From NCBI GenBank assembly GCA_965232515.1, contig CBDDPY010000002.1:5184001-5248000 (forward strand): a DNA stretch of 64,000 bases, given 5' to 3'. This DNA comes from Alphaproteobacteria bacterium (lineage in GTDB: Bacteria > Pseudomonadota > Alphaproteobacteria > GCA-2731375). A program made the translations under genes and the position numbers. Shown in pieces: positions 1-9,822 of this stretch (position 1 is its first letter; every line of letters starts with the position of its first letter). Under the pieces are notes generated by a model. That model did not search any database, was not told the DNA's origin, and was given only the letters and a program-made list of their open reading frames with translations.

Positions 1-399
1 GCGCTCTGGCTGCTGCCGGCCAGCTTCCTGGTCGTCATGTTGTTCGGCGGCGGTCTCGGCGTTGCCGGCGTCGCACTGCCGGCGGTCGAGCTCGGCATCG
101 TCGGTTCGGTGATCCTGTTGGGTGTGATCATTGCGCTCAATGCCCAGATCGACGTGCCGTTCGGCATGATGATTGTCGGGTTGATGGCGCTGTTTCATGG
201 CTTCGCGCATGGCGCGGAGATCCCCACCGGGGCGGGCACGATGCTCTACTGCTTCGGCTTCACGCTGGCGACGGCCGGCCTGCATGCCGCCGGCGTCGGC
301 CTCGGTCTGATGCTGCAAAGCCGGTTGGCGGAGGCCGCGCTGCGGACGGCGGGCGGTTTGATTGCCGCTTTCGGCATCGCCATGTTCGCCGTCGCCTGA
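1..399 (+). CDS. HupE/UreJ family nickel/cobalt membrane protein (5'-truncated by window edge)
   Basis: Frame open from base 1 (ALWLLPASFLVVM...); hydrophobic helices with the FHGFAHGAE and TAGLHAAG motifs of HupE/UreJ. Confidence 0.85.
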   Translation, partial: ALWLLPASFLVVMLFGGGLGVAGVALPAVELGIVGSVILLGVIIALNAQIDVPFGMMIVGLMALFHGFAHGAEIPTGAGTMLYCFGFTLATAGLHAAGVGLGLMLQSRLAEAALRTAGGLIAAFGIAMFAVA

Positions 400-1339
400 C
401 ATCGAATCCAATTCCGGTTTAGCCCCCGCGTCCGGCGCCGGGAGCGCGGTCGCCGGCGTCGTTCTGCTGGTCTTTTGCTGGTTCTGCTGGGGCTTCAGCT
501 ATCCCGCGGCCGCCTTCGCGCTGCGCGATTTCGATGTCTGGACCTTCCGGGTCCTGGCCATGGCGCCGGCCGGCGTCATCATGCTTGCCTATGTGAAGCT
601 GCGCGGCGGCTCGATCTACGTGCGGCGCGCCTGCCGGCTGCCGCTGGTCGTGGCCGGCCTGCTCAACATGTCGATCTTTCAGATCGGCATCACCTATGGC
701 GTCGATCTCTTGAGCTCGGGCCGCACGGCGGTCATCGCCTACACCATGCCGCTCTGGGCCGCGGTGCTCGCCGTGTGGCTGCTGCATGAGCGGCTGACAA
801 AGGCGCGCATCGCCGCCCTGCTGCTCGGGCTTGCCGGGTTGGCCGTGCTGATGAGCCAGGATTTCGCCAACCTGAAGAACGCGCCGCTGGGCGCCGCGCT
901 CACGCTGTTGGCCGCGATCTCGTTCGGCGCCGGCACGGTCTGGATGAAGCGCTTCGATTGGGACGCCGACGTCACGGCGCTCGGCGGCTGGCAACTGATC
1001 GCCGGCTGCCTGCCGGTGATCGCCATTCAGCTCGCCGTGTCGCCGCCGCTCGACTGGGTGAATATCGGCGCCGATGCCTGGGCCGGCGCCATCTATTCGA
1101 TGCTGTTCGCCAACATGTTGGCCTACGCCGCCTGGTTTCGCGTCGTTGCCCGGTTTCCGGCCACCGTGTCGGGGCTCGGCAGCATGGCGGTGCCGGTAAT
1201 CGGCGTGTTCGCGAGCGCGCTGCTGCTGGGTGAAGCGGTCGGCTGGCGTGAACTGGCGGCGCTTGGGCTGGTCTGCGCGGCGTTGGCGATCGTCGTCTTC
1301 GCCCGCCAGTCTCAGAAATCGCCGTCACGCACCTCGTAG
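362..1339 (+). CDS. DMT/EamA family transporter (start uncertain)
   Basis: About 10 TM helices, YTMPLW and LLGEAVG signatures; the only canonical start upstream of TM1 is TTG at 362. Confidence 0.8.
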   Translation: MPLSASPCSPSPDIESNSGLAPASGAGSAVAGVVLLVFCWFCWGFSYPAAAFALRDFDVWTFRVLAMAPAGVIMLAYVKLRGGSIYVRRACRLPLVVAGLLNMSIFQIGITYGVDLLSSGRTAVIAYTMPLWAAVLAVWLLHERLTKARIAALLLGLAGLAVLMSQDFANLKNAPLGAALTLLAAISFGAGTVWMKRFDWDADVTALGGWQLIAGCLPVIAIQLAVSPPLDWVNIGADAWAGAIYSMLFANMLAYAAWFRVVARFPATVSGLGSMAVPVIGVFASALLLGEAVGWRELAALGLVCAALAIVVFARQSQKSPSRTS

Positions 1340-2367
1340 CGCGTCGGCTTGCCGATTTCCGGCCGGCCCTGTTGGATCCAGTCCGCGACCCAGTCGATCA
1401 TGCGGTTCAGCGGCACGATCGGATAGCCGAACAGCTGCTGCGCCTGTCGGGTGCTGTTTACCCAGGCGGTCTCGGCCTCCTCGCCGTCGAAGATCGGCGT
1501 CTTGCCGAAGCGTTCGCCGAACTCGGTCGCCAACGCGCGAATGCTGGTCGCGTCCGGACCGCCAATGTTGAGCGGGCTCGCCGGCGTCGTGCAATGCCGG
1601 AGCGCGCGCAGCATCTGGGCGCTGGCGTCGCCCTGCCAGATCACGTTGGCGTGGCCGGTGGCGATCGGGATGGCCCGGCCCTGGAACACCCAGGAGGCGA
1701 CATCGAACAGCACGCCGTAACGCATGTCGATGGCGTAGTTCAGCCGCATCAGCCGTCCCGGCGTGCCGTATTGCTGCGAGAAATATTGAAAGATTCGCTC
1801 GCGCGCGACGCAGGAATTGGCGTATTCGCCGACCGGCGTCGGCGGCGTGGTCTCGTCGCAGCCGCCCAGGCGGACGCTGGCATAGGGATAAACGCAGAGC
1901 GTCGAGAAGGCGACGATGCGGGACTCGCGCAAGGCCTCGGCGACGATCGCCGGCACGTGCGCGTTCATGGCCCAGGTAAACGGCTCGTCGCCCGCGGTAC
2001 CGAACTTGCGGCCGGCCATGTAGATCACGTTCGGCAGCTTCGGCAGGCCGTCGACGGCGCCGCGATCCAGCAAGTCGCAGGCGATGGTCTCGACGCCCCA
2101 GGACTCCAGCCGTTCCCTGACAACCGCGTCGCTGAAGCGCGCGACGCCGACGACGCGTTTTTGCGGCGCCGCCCGTTTCGCCAGCCGTGCGAGGCACGGG
2201 CCCACCTTGCCGCCGACGCCGAGAACCATGATATCGCCGTCGAGCGCCGCCAGATCGTCGATCAGGTCCTGTGACGGCCGCGACAGCAATTCTTCCAGCG
2301 CCTCGACGTCAGGAATTCTGTCGGGCAGGGTTTCGGCCGTCAGCAGTGTCTCGGTCGTCGCGCTCAC
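1312..2367 (-). CDS. NAD-dependent epimerase/dehydratase (extended SDR)
   Basis: GVGGKVG Rossmann motif, YMAGRKFG, YANSC; GTG start with GGAGG upstream. Confidence 0.8.
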   Translation of the reverse strand: MSATTETLLTAETLPDRIPDVEALEELLSRPSQDLIDDLAALDGDIMVLGVGGKVGPCLARLAKRAAPQKRVVGVARFSDAVVRERLESWGVETIACDLLDRGAVDGLPKLPNVIYMAGRKFGTAGDEPFTWAMNAHVPAIVAEALRESRIVAFSTLCVYPYASVRLGGCDETTPPTPVGEYANSCVARERIFQYFSQQYGTPGRLMRLNYAIDMRYGVLFDVASWVFQGRAIPIATGHANVIWQGDASAQMLRALRHCTTPASPLNIGGPDATSIRALATEFGERFGKTPIFDGEEAETAWVNSTRQAQQLFGYPIVPLNRMIDWVADWIQQGRPEIGKPTRYEVRDGDF

Positions 2368-2400
2368 GTGTTCATTCCTCCCATCGCCGGCCTTGCAAGC

Positions 2401-3426
2401 TTACACCGGGATCACCCGCCCTTCCTTGGCCGACCGGTAAATCGCTTCTTCGATCTCGATGTTGCGCAAATAGTCCCGACCCGAATTGACGAGTTCGGCG
2501 CCATCCAGCAGGTGCGCGACGATATGCGCCTGCGTGGCGTAAACGGCGTCGCCGGCGAAACCGCGTTGCTGCCACTCGAAAATATGCTCGGCCTCGTCGC
2601 CGCCGTGCGGCTTCCACCAGAGCCGCCCGCGGCCGTCCAGACGCAGCACACCGGCCGAGCCCTCGAGCCACATCTCGCCCATGGTGAGGCGCGTATTCTC
2701 GGCCACGTGGTCGTTCAGGCGGTTGGCATCGAACAGGCCCGATGTGTCGCCGTCGAAACGGAAAACCACGGTGCCGGCGTCCTCGCCCGCGATCGCCGGA
2801 TTGAGCCGGCGCAAGTCGGCCGAGACGGACCTGATTTCGCCCATCAGGAAGCGAAAGGTGTCGATGAAATGGATGCCGGTCTCGTGGATCAGGAACCGTT
2901 CCATCTTCTGAAAATAGGGCTGTCGGTTCAGATAGGCGTCGCGGCCCTGGCCGTCGCCGGGACGCATGCGGAAGGTAATGCCGTGCAGGGTGCCGAGCCG
3001 CCCGGCGTCGATCAGCCGCCGTGTCTCCTGGAACCAGGGCTGGAAGCGGAAATTTTCGTGCACCGCCAGCGTCACGCCGGCCGCCTCCGCGGCCTCGACC
3101 ACGGCGACGGCCTCGTCATAGGTCGGCGCCAGCGGCTTCTGGCAGATCACCGGCAGGCCCCGCGCCGCGACCTGACGGACCAGCGCGTCGTGTGTCTCAG
3201 GCGGCGTGGCGATGTCGACCAGATCCGGCGCCACCCCGCCCAGCATCTCGTCCAGGTCTGAAAAGCCGCGCGCGCCGGCCTGGTCCGCCGCCGACTTGGC
3301 CTTCAGCGCGTCGAGGTCGCAAACACCGACCAGCCCGGTCCGCGGCAGCCGCGTCCAGGCGTGGTGATGGAATTGCGCGAAATAGCCGGCGCCGACAACC
3401 GCGACCCGCAAAGCGTTCTCAGCCAT
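2401..3426 (-). CDS. Gfo/Idh/MocA oxidoreductase (resembles the D-apiose dehydrogenase-like group)
   Basis: GAGYFA nucleotide-binding motif, CQKP, HENFRFQPW, ETGIHFID. Confidence 0.85.
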   Translation of the reverse strand: MAENALRVAVVGAGYFAQFHHHAWTRLPRTGLVGVCDLDALKAKSAADQAGARGFSDLDEMLGGVAPDLVDIATPPETHDALVRQVAARGLPVICQKPLAPTYDEAVAVVEAAEAAGVTLAVHENFRFQPWFQETRRLIDAGRLGTLHGITFRMRPGDGQGRDAYLNRQPYFQKMERFLIHETGIHFIDTFRFLMGEIRSVSADLRRLNPAIAGEDAGTVVFRFDGDTSGLFDANRLNDHVAENTRLTMGEMWLEGSAGVLRLDGRGRLWWKPHGGDEAEHIFEWQQRGFAGDAVYATQAHIVAHLLDGAELVNSGRDYLRNIEIEEAIYRSAKEGRVIPV

Positions 3427-4516
3427 TGTTGATGATGTCGATCACGGTGCGGGTGACCTCGGCGGTTGTGTTTTTGCCGCCGGCATCGAAGGTCCGGATG
3501 CGGCCGTCGCCGATACCGGCTTCCAGCGCCTGATCGATCATCCGGGCCGCGGTCTCGCAGGCCTCGACGCCATGCCGGTGGCCGAGCCAGTCCAGCATCA
3601 TCGCCGCCGACAGGATCATCGCCGTCGGATTGGCCTTGCCCGTGCCCATAATGTCGGGCGCGGTGCCATGGCTCGGTTGGAACACCGCATTGTCGTCGCC
3701 GATATCGCCCGACGGCGCGAAGCCCATGCCGCCGACCAAACCGGCGGCGAGGTCCGACAGGATGTCGCCGTACATGTTCTCGGTGACCATGACGTCGAAG
3801 TCCCACGGCCGGCGCACTAGGTCCAGCGCGCAGGCGTCGACATAGAGATGTTCGGCCTTAATCTCGGGGAAGGCGGCGGCGCGCTCGTCGAAGACCTTGC
3901 GGAAGAAGGCCATCGAGGTGAAGACGTTCGCCTTGTCGACCAGTGTCAACTTGCCTTCATGGCCGCTCGCCTTGCGTCGCTCGGCGAGACGAAAGCCGAA
4001 GTCGAACAGCTTTTCCGATGTCGGCCGCGTGATCACCATGGTGTCGCGGGCCTCGCGGTCGTCTTCGATCACGCCCTTGCCGCGCGCCGCGAACAGGCCC
4101 TCGGTACTTTCGCGGATCAGGATCAGGTCGATCTTCTCGGCCCGCGGATCGGCCAGGATCTTTGGTCCGCCCGGAATGGTCCGGATCGGCCGCACGCCGG
4201 CATAGAGGTCGAAATGCACCCGCATGTCGACCTGCGGCGCCAGCTCGGTGCCATCGGGCTTGCGCACGTCGGGCAGACCCATGGCGCCCAGCAGGATGGC
4301 GTCGGCCGCCTCCGCCGCCTTCAGCGACTCCTCGGGCAGATCGACGCCGGTGTCGCGGTAGCAGCCGGCGCCACCGACCAGCTCGGTGTTCACCAGCTTG
4401 AAGCCGCCGACCTTGGCCTGCGCGGCGTCGAGCACGGCGACCGCCGATTCCATGACTTCGATGCCGATGCCGTCGCCGGGGAAAACGGCGATCTTGAATT
4501 CGATTTCGTTACTCAT
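3419..4516 (-). CDS. Isocitrate/isopropylmalate/tartrate family beta-decarboxylating dehydrogenase
   Basis: FPGDGIGIEV, RESTEG, DKANV, ENMYGDILSD, HGTAPDIMG; ATG at 4516 overlaps the upstream stop. Confidence 0.88.
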   Translation of the reverse strand: MSNEIEFKIAVFPGDGIGIEVMESAVAVLDAAQAKVGGFKLVNTELVGGAGCYRDTGVDLPEESLKAAEAADAILLGAMGLPDVRKPDGTELAPQVDMRVHFDLYAGVRPIRTIPGGPKILADPRAEKIDLILIRESTEGLFAARGKGVIEDDREARDTMVITRPTSEKLFDFGFRLAERRKASGHEGKLTLVDKANVFTSMAFFRKVFDERAAAFPEIKAEHLYVDACALDLVRRPWDFDVMVTENMYGDILSDLAAGLVGGMGFAPSGDIGDDNAVFQPSHGTAPDIMGTGKANPTAMILSAAMMLDWLGHRHGVEACETAARMIDQALEAGIGDGRIRTFDAGGKNTTAEVTRTVIDIINNG

Positions 4517-5505
4517 AAGCGGATATCCCAATGCGATGGCTTCAGCCCGGCGACCGGGCTGCGGAAGGTGTAGAGCTTGTCGTCGAGCAGGTTGCCCAGA
4601 TAGGCGGTCTTGCGGTCGGGGCCGCCGAAGGCGATGGACGACACGCTTTTCATCACCTCGGTTTCAATCGAATCCATGTGCGCGCGGCCGAGCTCGCCGT
4701 TCTGGAACGCCCGCTCGACGACGTCGAGCTGTTCCGGATCGCATTCTTCCAGCACGACCTGCTGGTTGCCGTCGGCGTCGATGCGAATGATGCGGTTCGA
4801 GATCACGCTGGTCAGCCAGACGCCACCCGCCTCGTCGAAGGCGAGGCCGTCCGGATAGGTGCCGTGGCCGAATTCGGCCACCGTCTCGCGCGGTCCGAGA
4901 CTGCCGTCCTCGGCGATACGGAAGCGCGACATGCGCCGGCCGAAGGTTTCGTTCACGTAGATCCAGTCGCCGCTGCCATCGACGACGGCCTCGTTGGTGT
5001 AGCCCAGGCCGTCGGCGGCGATGCGCGCGCCCTTGTCGTCGACAAGGATGATGAAACCGTCGGACGCATTGGGCCGGTAGGCAAGCGCGCGCGGCTCCAG
5101 CCAGGTGCTGACCGTGATCCAGACGCGGTCATTCCGGTCGACGCCGACGAAATTCGCCGGCGGCAGGCGTTTTCCGTCGATCTCCAGCAGGAACGGCGTC
5201 AAGTCGCCGGTCCGGCTCAACCGCCAGGCGCCGCCGCCGTCGTTGTGCAGGTTCGCCAGCAGGAAATCGCCCTCGGCCGTAATGGCGAAGCCGTTGGTGC
5301 CGATGGCGCCGGACGCCGCGATGTCGCGCCGGCTGCCGTCGGAACGGATATGCGTCACGCCGCCGCCGTCCGCCGACCAGTAGGAGACTGCGACGTCCCC
5401 GGCCGCGGTCGCCAGCACGCATTCCGGCCGTTTCAGGCCCTGGCCATAGGTCTCCAGCTCGGACGGCTGCACCGTGAAGCCGCCGAGGCCGTTCGTCTGC
5501 GTCAT
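4513..5505 (-). CDS. SMP-30/gluconolactonase/LRE family beta-propeller
   Basis: RPECV, TNG, YTNE and YPDGLAFD metal-ligand motifs. Confidence 0.82.
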   Translation of the reverse strand: MTQTNGLGGFTVQPSELETYGQGLKRPECVLATAAGDVAVSYWSADGGGVTHIRSDGSRRDIAASGAIGTNGFAITAEGDFLLANLHNDGGGAWRLSRTGDLTPFLLEIDGKRLPPANFVGVDRNDRVWITVSTWLEPRALAYRPNASDGFIILVDDKGARIAADGLGYTNEAVVDGSGDWIYVNETFGRRMSRFRIAEDGSLGPRETVAEFGHGTYPDGLAFDEAGGVWLTSVISNRIIRIDADGNQQVVLEECDPEQLDVVERAFQNGELGRAHMDSIETEVMKSVSSIAFGGPDRKTAYLGNLLDDKLYTFRSPVAGLKPSHWDIRL

Positions 5506-5657
5506 CCGACGTTTCCCTGCCGCTTGTCGTTTTTGGCGGCGCCATTATGGCCATTGCCGGCAGCGGGTCAAAGGCGGGGCGGTTGACCCGGAACCGCCTC
5601 GGACGGTGAAATGCGGGACCTGCCCCGTCCGTCCGCTCAGAACCGTTTGGAATTCGC

Positions 5658-6851
5658 ATGCGCCAGGTCTTCTGGCCCCTTGCCGGCACGACGTTGCTGC
5701 AGACCGTGTCCGTCATCCTGTTCTTGGCGGTGCCGGTCATGGCGCCCGTCGTCGCGAAAGATCTCGGCATCGACGCCAGCGCCATCGGCGCCTACTCCTC
5801 GATCGTTTTCCTGGTGGCGATGTTCGTGTCCGCCGGGATCGGCACCGTCATCCAGCGCTACGGCGCCATCCGCACGGTGCAGGTGGGGTTGCTGCTGTCG
5901 GCGCTGGCCCTGCTGCTCACGACGGCGGGCACCTTGGTCGCGGTGTTCGTCGGCGCGGTGCTGATCGGCCTGGGCTACGGCCCGAACACGCCCGCCGGCA
6001 GCCATGTACTGGCGCGGGTGACGCCGCCGAACATGCGTGGACTGGTGTTCTCGATCAAACAGTCCGGCGCGCCGCTGGGCGGCATGTTGACGGGTCTGAT
6101 CATTCCGCCGATCGCCGCCGGCCATAGCTGGCAGGCGGCGGCCTGGGTCGCGATTGCCATGGCCATCGCCGGCGCGGTGCTGGTGCAGCCGCTCCGGGCG
6201 CGCTGCGACGATGATCGCCGGCCCGATCAACGCATCTCCATGCGGGCGACCTGGGCATCGCTGCGGCTGCTGCTGGCGAACCGGCCGCTACGCCGGCTGA
6301 CGGTGGCGTCGTTTGCCTATTCGTCGTTGCAGATATGCAGCTTTTCGGTGCTGGTCGCCTTTCTGGTCGAGGTCGTGCGGCTCGACCTGGTGACGGCCGG
6401 CATCGCCTTCTCCGCCATGCAGATTTCCGGCGTGGTCGCGCGGGTCGGGTGGGGCTGGCTCGCGGATCAGGTCATCGCGGCGCGGCCGCTGCTGACGCTG
6501 ATCGGCATCGCCGGCGCCCTGCTGATCGTGCTGCTGACGGCTTTCACGCCGACATGGCCGTTCTGGGCGGTCGTCGCCGTCTGTGTCGCGGTCGGCGCCA
6601 CCGTCGCCGGCTGGAACGGCGTGTTTCTGGCCGAGGTCGCCCGCGTCGCGCCGGAAGGGCAGGTCGGCGCGGCCACCGGCGGGACGCTGTTCTTCACCTA
6701 TTTCGGCCTGGTCGTCGGTCCGGCGTCCTTCACCGCGCTCGTCGCGGCCACGGACAGCTATGCCATCGCCTTTCAGGCGGTTGCCGCCGTATCGCTGCTG
6801 GCGGCGCTGGCGCAGTATCTGCCCATGCGGCCGGCAACGGGCCAAGGCTGA
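5658..6851 (+). CDS. MFS transporter
   Basis: About 12 TM helices, RGLVFSIKQSGAPLGG and WGWLAD motifs. Confidence 0.88.
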   Translation: MRQVFWPLAGTTLLQTVSVILFLAVPVMAPVVAKDLGIDASAIGAYSSIVFLVAMFVSAGIGTVIQRYGAIRTVQVGLLLSALALLLTTAGTLVAVFVGAVLIGLGYGPNTPAGSHVLARVTPPNMRGLVFSIKQSGAPLGGMLTGLIIPPIAAGHSWQAAAWVAIAMAIAGAVLVQPLRARCDDDRRPDQRISMRATWASLRLLLANRPLRRLTVASFAYSSLQICSFSVLVAFLVEVVRLDLVTAGIAFSAMQISGVVARVGWGWLADQVIAARPLLTLIGIAGALLIVLLTAFTPTWPFWAVVAVCVAVGATVAGWNGVFLAEVARVAPEGQVGAATGGTLFFTYFGLVVGPASFTALVAATDSYAIAFQAVAAVSLLAALAQYLPMRPATGQG

Positions 6852-6943
6852 TTTCAGCAATTCTTTACCGCTGTCCGACAGACTGAGCAGCGCCGGGCGG
6901 CCCCCAAAAAAACCGCCGGTTATCGCAATAATCGACCGGACAA

Positions 6944-7276
6944 ATGACCCAACAGGCCGCGAACACTTCCTGGGCCTACCCGAAGGTCGACCGGCGCTGC
7001 AAGCCGCGCTGGCAGACCGATCTGCCGGCGCGTCTGTTCGCCCGCGCGGCGGCGAGCGATTGCCGCGTCCGCGACATCTCGCAGGGCGGCGCCCGCGTCG
7101 TTACGGACGCAGATGTCGACGAGGACGAGATCATCGTCCTCGAGCTGGACGAGATCGACCCGCTGGCCGCCCGCGTCGTGCATCTGTCCGACGGCACCGT
7201 CGGCCTGATGTTCCTTTACGACAGCGACCAGCGCCAACAAGTGGTCGACTGGATCACGCCGAAGCTGACCCGCTGA
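6944..7276 (+). CDS. Stand-alone PilZ domain protein
   Basis: RxxxR (RCKPR) and DxSxxG (DISQGG) c-di-GMP motifs. Confidence 0.78.
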   Translation: MTQQAANTSWAYPKVDRRCKPRWQTDLPARLFARAAASDCRVRDISQGGARVVTDADVDEDEIIVLELDEIDPLAARVVHLSDGTVGLMFLYDSDQRQQVVDWITPKLTR

Positions 7277-7280
7277 ATCC

Positions 7281-7721
7281 CTAACCTTTTTGTGGCGGCA
7301 GGGCGTAGGTGCTGGTGGCGTGGGCCACCGGCCGGTCGTCGCCGTCGGCATAGAGCGTGACCTCGCCGAACACCAGCAGACGCCCGGTCTTGAGCGCCCG
7401 GCCGCGCGCGATCACGTCCTTGCCGATGGCCGGTCGGAAGAAGCTGGTGTTCTGGCTCGCGGTCGCCATCTCGCGGAAACCGCCCAGCGCCGCCGAAACG
7501 ACGAAGACCATGCAGGTGTCGGCCAGCGTCATCATCGCTTGGCCGCAGATCAGCCCGCCGGTACGGCAGAGGTCGTCCGAGTAGGGCAGCCGCATGGCGA
7601 CGCCATCCGGGCCGATCTCCTCGATCGACAGGTTGAGGGCCTGGACCCAGGGCGCGAACTTGTCGCGCAGCAGGTCGGTTGCGGTCTCGCGGCTGAGCGC
7701 CGCGGCGGAAATCTCGGACAT
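7281..7721 (-). CDS. PaaI family hotdog-fold thioesterase
   Basis: GGLICGQAMMTLADT motif, 146 aa. Confidence 0.85.
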   Translation of the reverse strand: MSEISAAALSRETATDLLRDKFAPWVQALNLSIEEIGPDGVAMRLPYSDDLCRTGGLICGQAMMTLADTCMVFVVSAALGGFREMATASQNTSFFRPAIGKDVIARGRALKTGRLLVFGEVTLYADGDDRPVAHATSTYALPPQKG

Positions 7722-7753
7722 CGGCCGGCTTTACGCGATTTGGCGTGAAACCG

Positions 7754-8707
7754 TCAATCGTCCGCCGGTTGTGTACCGGCCACCGCCGCGCGGGCCGCGG
7801 CCGTGGCGTGCGTCGGCGCGCCTTTGCGCAGCAGCTCGCGGTGCAGGATGTAGAGGCCGCTGGCGATCACGATGGCCGTGCCGACCAGCATCCAGGCGTC
7901 CGGGATCTCGTTCCAGATCAGCACGCCGAACAGCAGCGCGAAGACGATCGCCGTGTATTCGAAGGGCGCCACGGTCGAGGCAGGCGCCAGGCGGAAGGCC
8001 TGGGTCATGAACAGCTGCGCCGTGCCGCCGATCAGGCCGATGGCGATCAGCGGCAGCCAGTGCGCGGGCGCCGGCGTCACCCATTCGAACGGCAGCGCCA
8101 TCCCGCTGACCAATGTGCAGGTCAGCGTGAAGTAGAACACGATCGCGGTATTGCTTTCGGTGATGCTGAGCCGACGCACGCAGATCATCGCCAGCGCGAA
8201 GCCGAGCGCCGCGCCGACCGGGATCAGCGCCGTCAGGCCGAACAGACCGCTGCCCGGGCGTACGATCAGCAGCACGCCGGCGAAGCCCGCCAGCACCGCC
8301 AGCCAGCGCCGGGGGCCGACCTGCTCGCCCAGCAGCGGAATCGACAGCAGGGTCAGAAACAGCGGCCCCGAGAACGATATCGCCACCGCGTCGGCGAGCG
8401 GCAGGACAGCGAACGCCCAGAAGAACAACGTCATCGAGGCCAATCCAATGAGCGACCGGAGCATGTGGCCGCCGGGCCGCGAGGTCCGCAAACTGCGCCA
8501 GCCGCCGTCGCGGAAGATCAGGATCGACAGCGGCACGAAGGCCAGGAAGCTGCGGAAGAACACGAGTTGGGCGATCGGATAATAGACAGACAGCCATTTC
8601 ACGATCGCGTCCATGACCGCGAACAAGGCGACGGCAATGAGGATGTTGGCGATACCCTGCGCCGCGGTCGACGACTGATATCCGCTGAAGTGAGCACTCA
8701 AACGCAT
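7754..8707 (-). CDS. DMT/EamA transporter (copy 1 of tandem pair)
   Basis: MDAIVKWL, LVFFRS, LLGEQVGPRRW, APFEYT; ATG at 8707. Confidence 0.85.
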   Translation of the reverse strand: MRLSAHFSGYQSSTAAQGIANILIAVALFAVMDAIVKWLSVYYPIAQLVFFRSFLAFVPLSILIFRDGGWRSLRTSRPGGHMLRSLIGLASMTLFFWAFAVLPLADAVAISFSGPLFLTLLSIPLLGEQVGPRRWLAVLAGFAGVLLIVRPGSGLFGLTALIPVGAALGFALAMICVRRLSITESNTAIVFYFTLTCTLVSGMALPFEWVTPAPAHWLPLIAIGLIGGTAQLFMTQAFRLAPASTVAPFEYTAIVFALLFGVLIWNEIPDAWMLVGTAIVIASGLYILHRELLRKGAPTHATAAARAAVAGTQPADD

Positions 8708-8829
8708 GACGGCACCGGGGGCGACAAAGGAACGGCTTTCGAAGGGCGACAGCCTCGGCTGAAATCGTTGCTTTATCGGTATCGCGCCATTGCTTTGTTT
8801 GCACCGCTGCCCTGCGCTCCGCGCTTGGC

Positions 8830-9744
8830 TTAACTCGCGCGTCGCTGCGCCACCTCGCGGTGCAGGATGTAGATGCCCGTGGCGATCAGGATGACGGTGC
8901 CGACGACGGTCCAGAGGTCCGGCAGCTCCTGCCAGAGCAGAAAGCCGAGCGCGATGGCCCAGATGATGGTGCTGTATTCGAACGGCGCGATGACGGAGGC
9001 CGGCGCGCTCCGGAACGCCTGGACAATGCACATCTGTCCGACGCCGCCCAGGATGCCCATGCCGACCAGCATCGGCCAATGCTCGAATTGCGGCGTGACC
9101 CAGGAGAAGGGCAGGGACAGACCCGACAGGACGGTCTGGACCAGGGCTGTATAGACCAGGATCGCGGCCGTGGATTCGGTTTGGCTGAGCCGCCGGGTCA
9201 GGATGCCGATGAAGGCATAGCTGAGCGCCGCGATCAGGACCAAGAGCGAGGCCGGCTGGAACACGCCGGTGCCCGGTCGGATGATGATGGCGACGCCGAT
9301 CAGGCCGATCAGCACGGCGGTCCAGCGGCGGATGCCGACATGCTCGCCCAGCAGCACCACCGACAGCGCGGTGATGAACAGCGGCGAGGCGAAGGCGACG
9401 GCGGTGGCGTCGGCCAGCGGCATCAGGCTGATTGCCGTGAAGAACACGGACACCGTGAACAGGCCGAGCACGCCGCGCAGCAGGTGCAGGCCCGGCCGCT
9501 GCGTCGGCAGCGTGGCGCGGCCGCCGGTCAGCATGACGATCAGGGTGATCGGCAGAAACGCAAAGAAGCTGCGAAAGAAGACGATTTCGTTGATCGGATA
9601 GGTTGCCGACAACCACTTCGCGATGGCGTCCATGACCGTCAGCAGCGCCATGCCGGCCAGCAGCCAGGCGATCCCCTGCGGCGAATTGTCCTGTGTCGAA
9701 TCGGCCGGCGCGAAACGATTTTTTGACGGCGGGTGGTGTTTCAT
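8830..9744 (-). CDS. DMT/EamA transporter (copy 2 of tandem pair)
   Basis: MDAIAKWL, IVFFRS, LLGEHVGIRRW, APFEYS; ATG at 9744. Confidence 0.85.
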   Translation of the reverse strand: MKHHPPSKNRFAPADSTQDNSPQGIAWLLAGMALLTVMDAIAKWLSATYPINEIVFFRSFFAFLPITLIVMLTGGRATLPTQRPGLHLLRGVLGLFTVSVFFTAISLMPLADATAVAFASPLFITALSVVLLGEHVGIRRWTAVLIGLIGVAIIIRPGTGVFQPASLLVLIAALSYAFIGILTRRLSQTESTAAILVYTALVQTVLSGLSLPFSWVTPQFEHWPMLVGMGILGGVGQMCIVQAFRSAPASVIAPFEYSTIIWAIALGFLLWQELPDLWTVVGTVILIATGIYILHREVAQRRAS

Positions 9745-9822
9745 GGCGCCGACACAATCCGGCTTTTCATTGGCCGGCGCCAATGCTATTTGCGCAACTC
9801 TGCTGCGCCGGGAGCTTTTTCG

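Noticed and set aside
362-560. Pseudogene call for the first DMT because no ATG/GTG precedes TM1
   Set aside because: The frame is intact and a TTG start at 362 is available
5560-5640. Hairpins in the lactonase/MFS intergenic region (GGGTCAA/TTGACCC, CGGACGG/CCGTCCG)
   Set aside because: Short GC-rich stems are expected by chance; no recognisable RNA family
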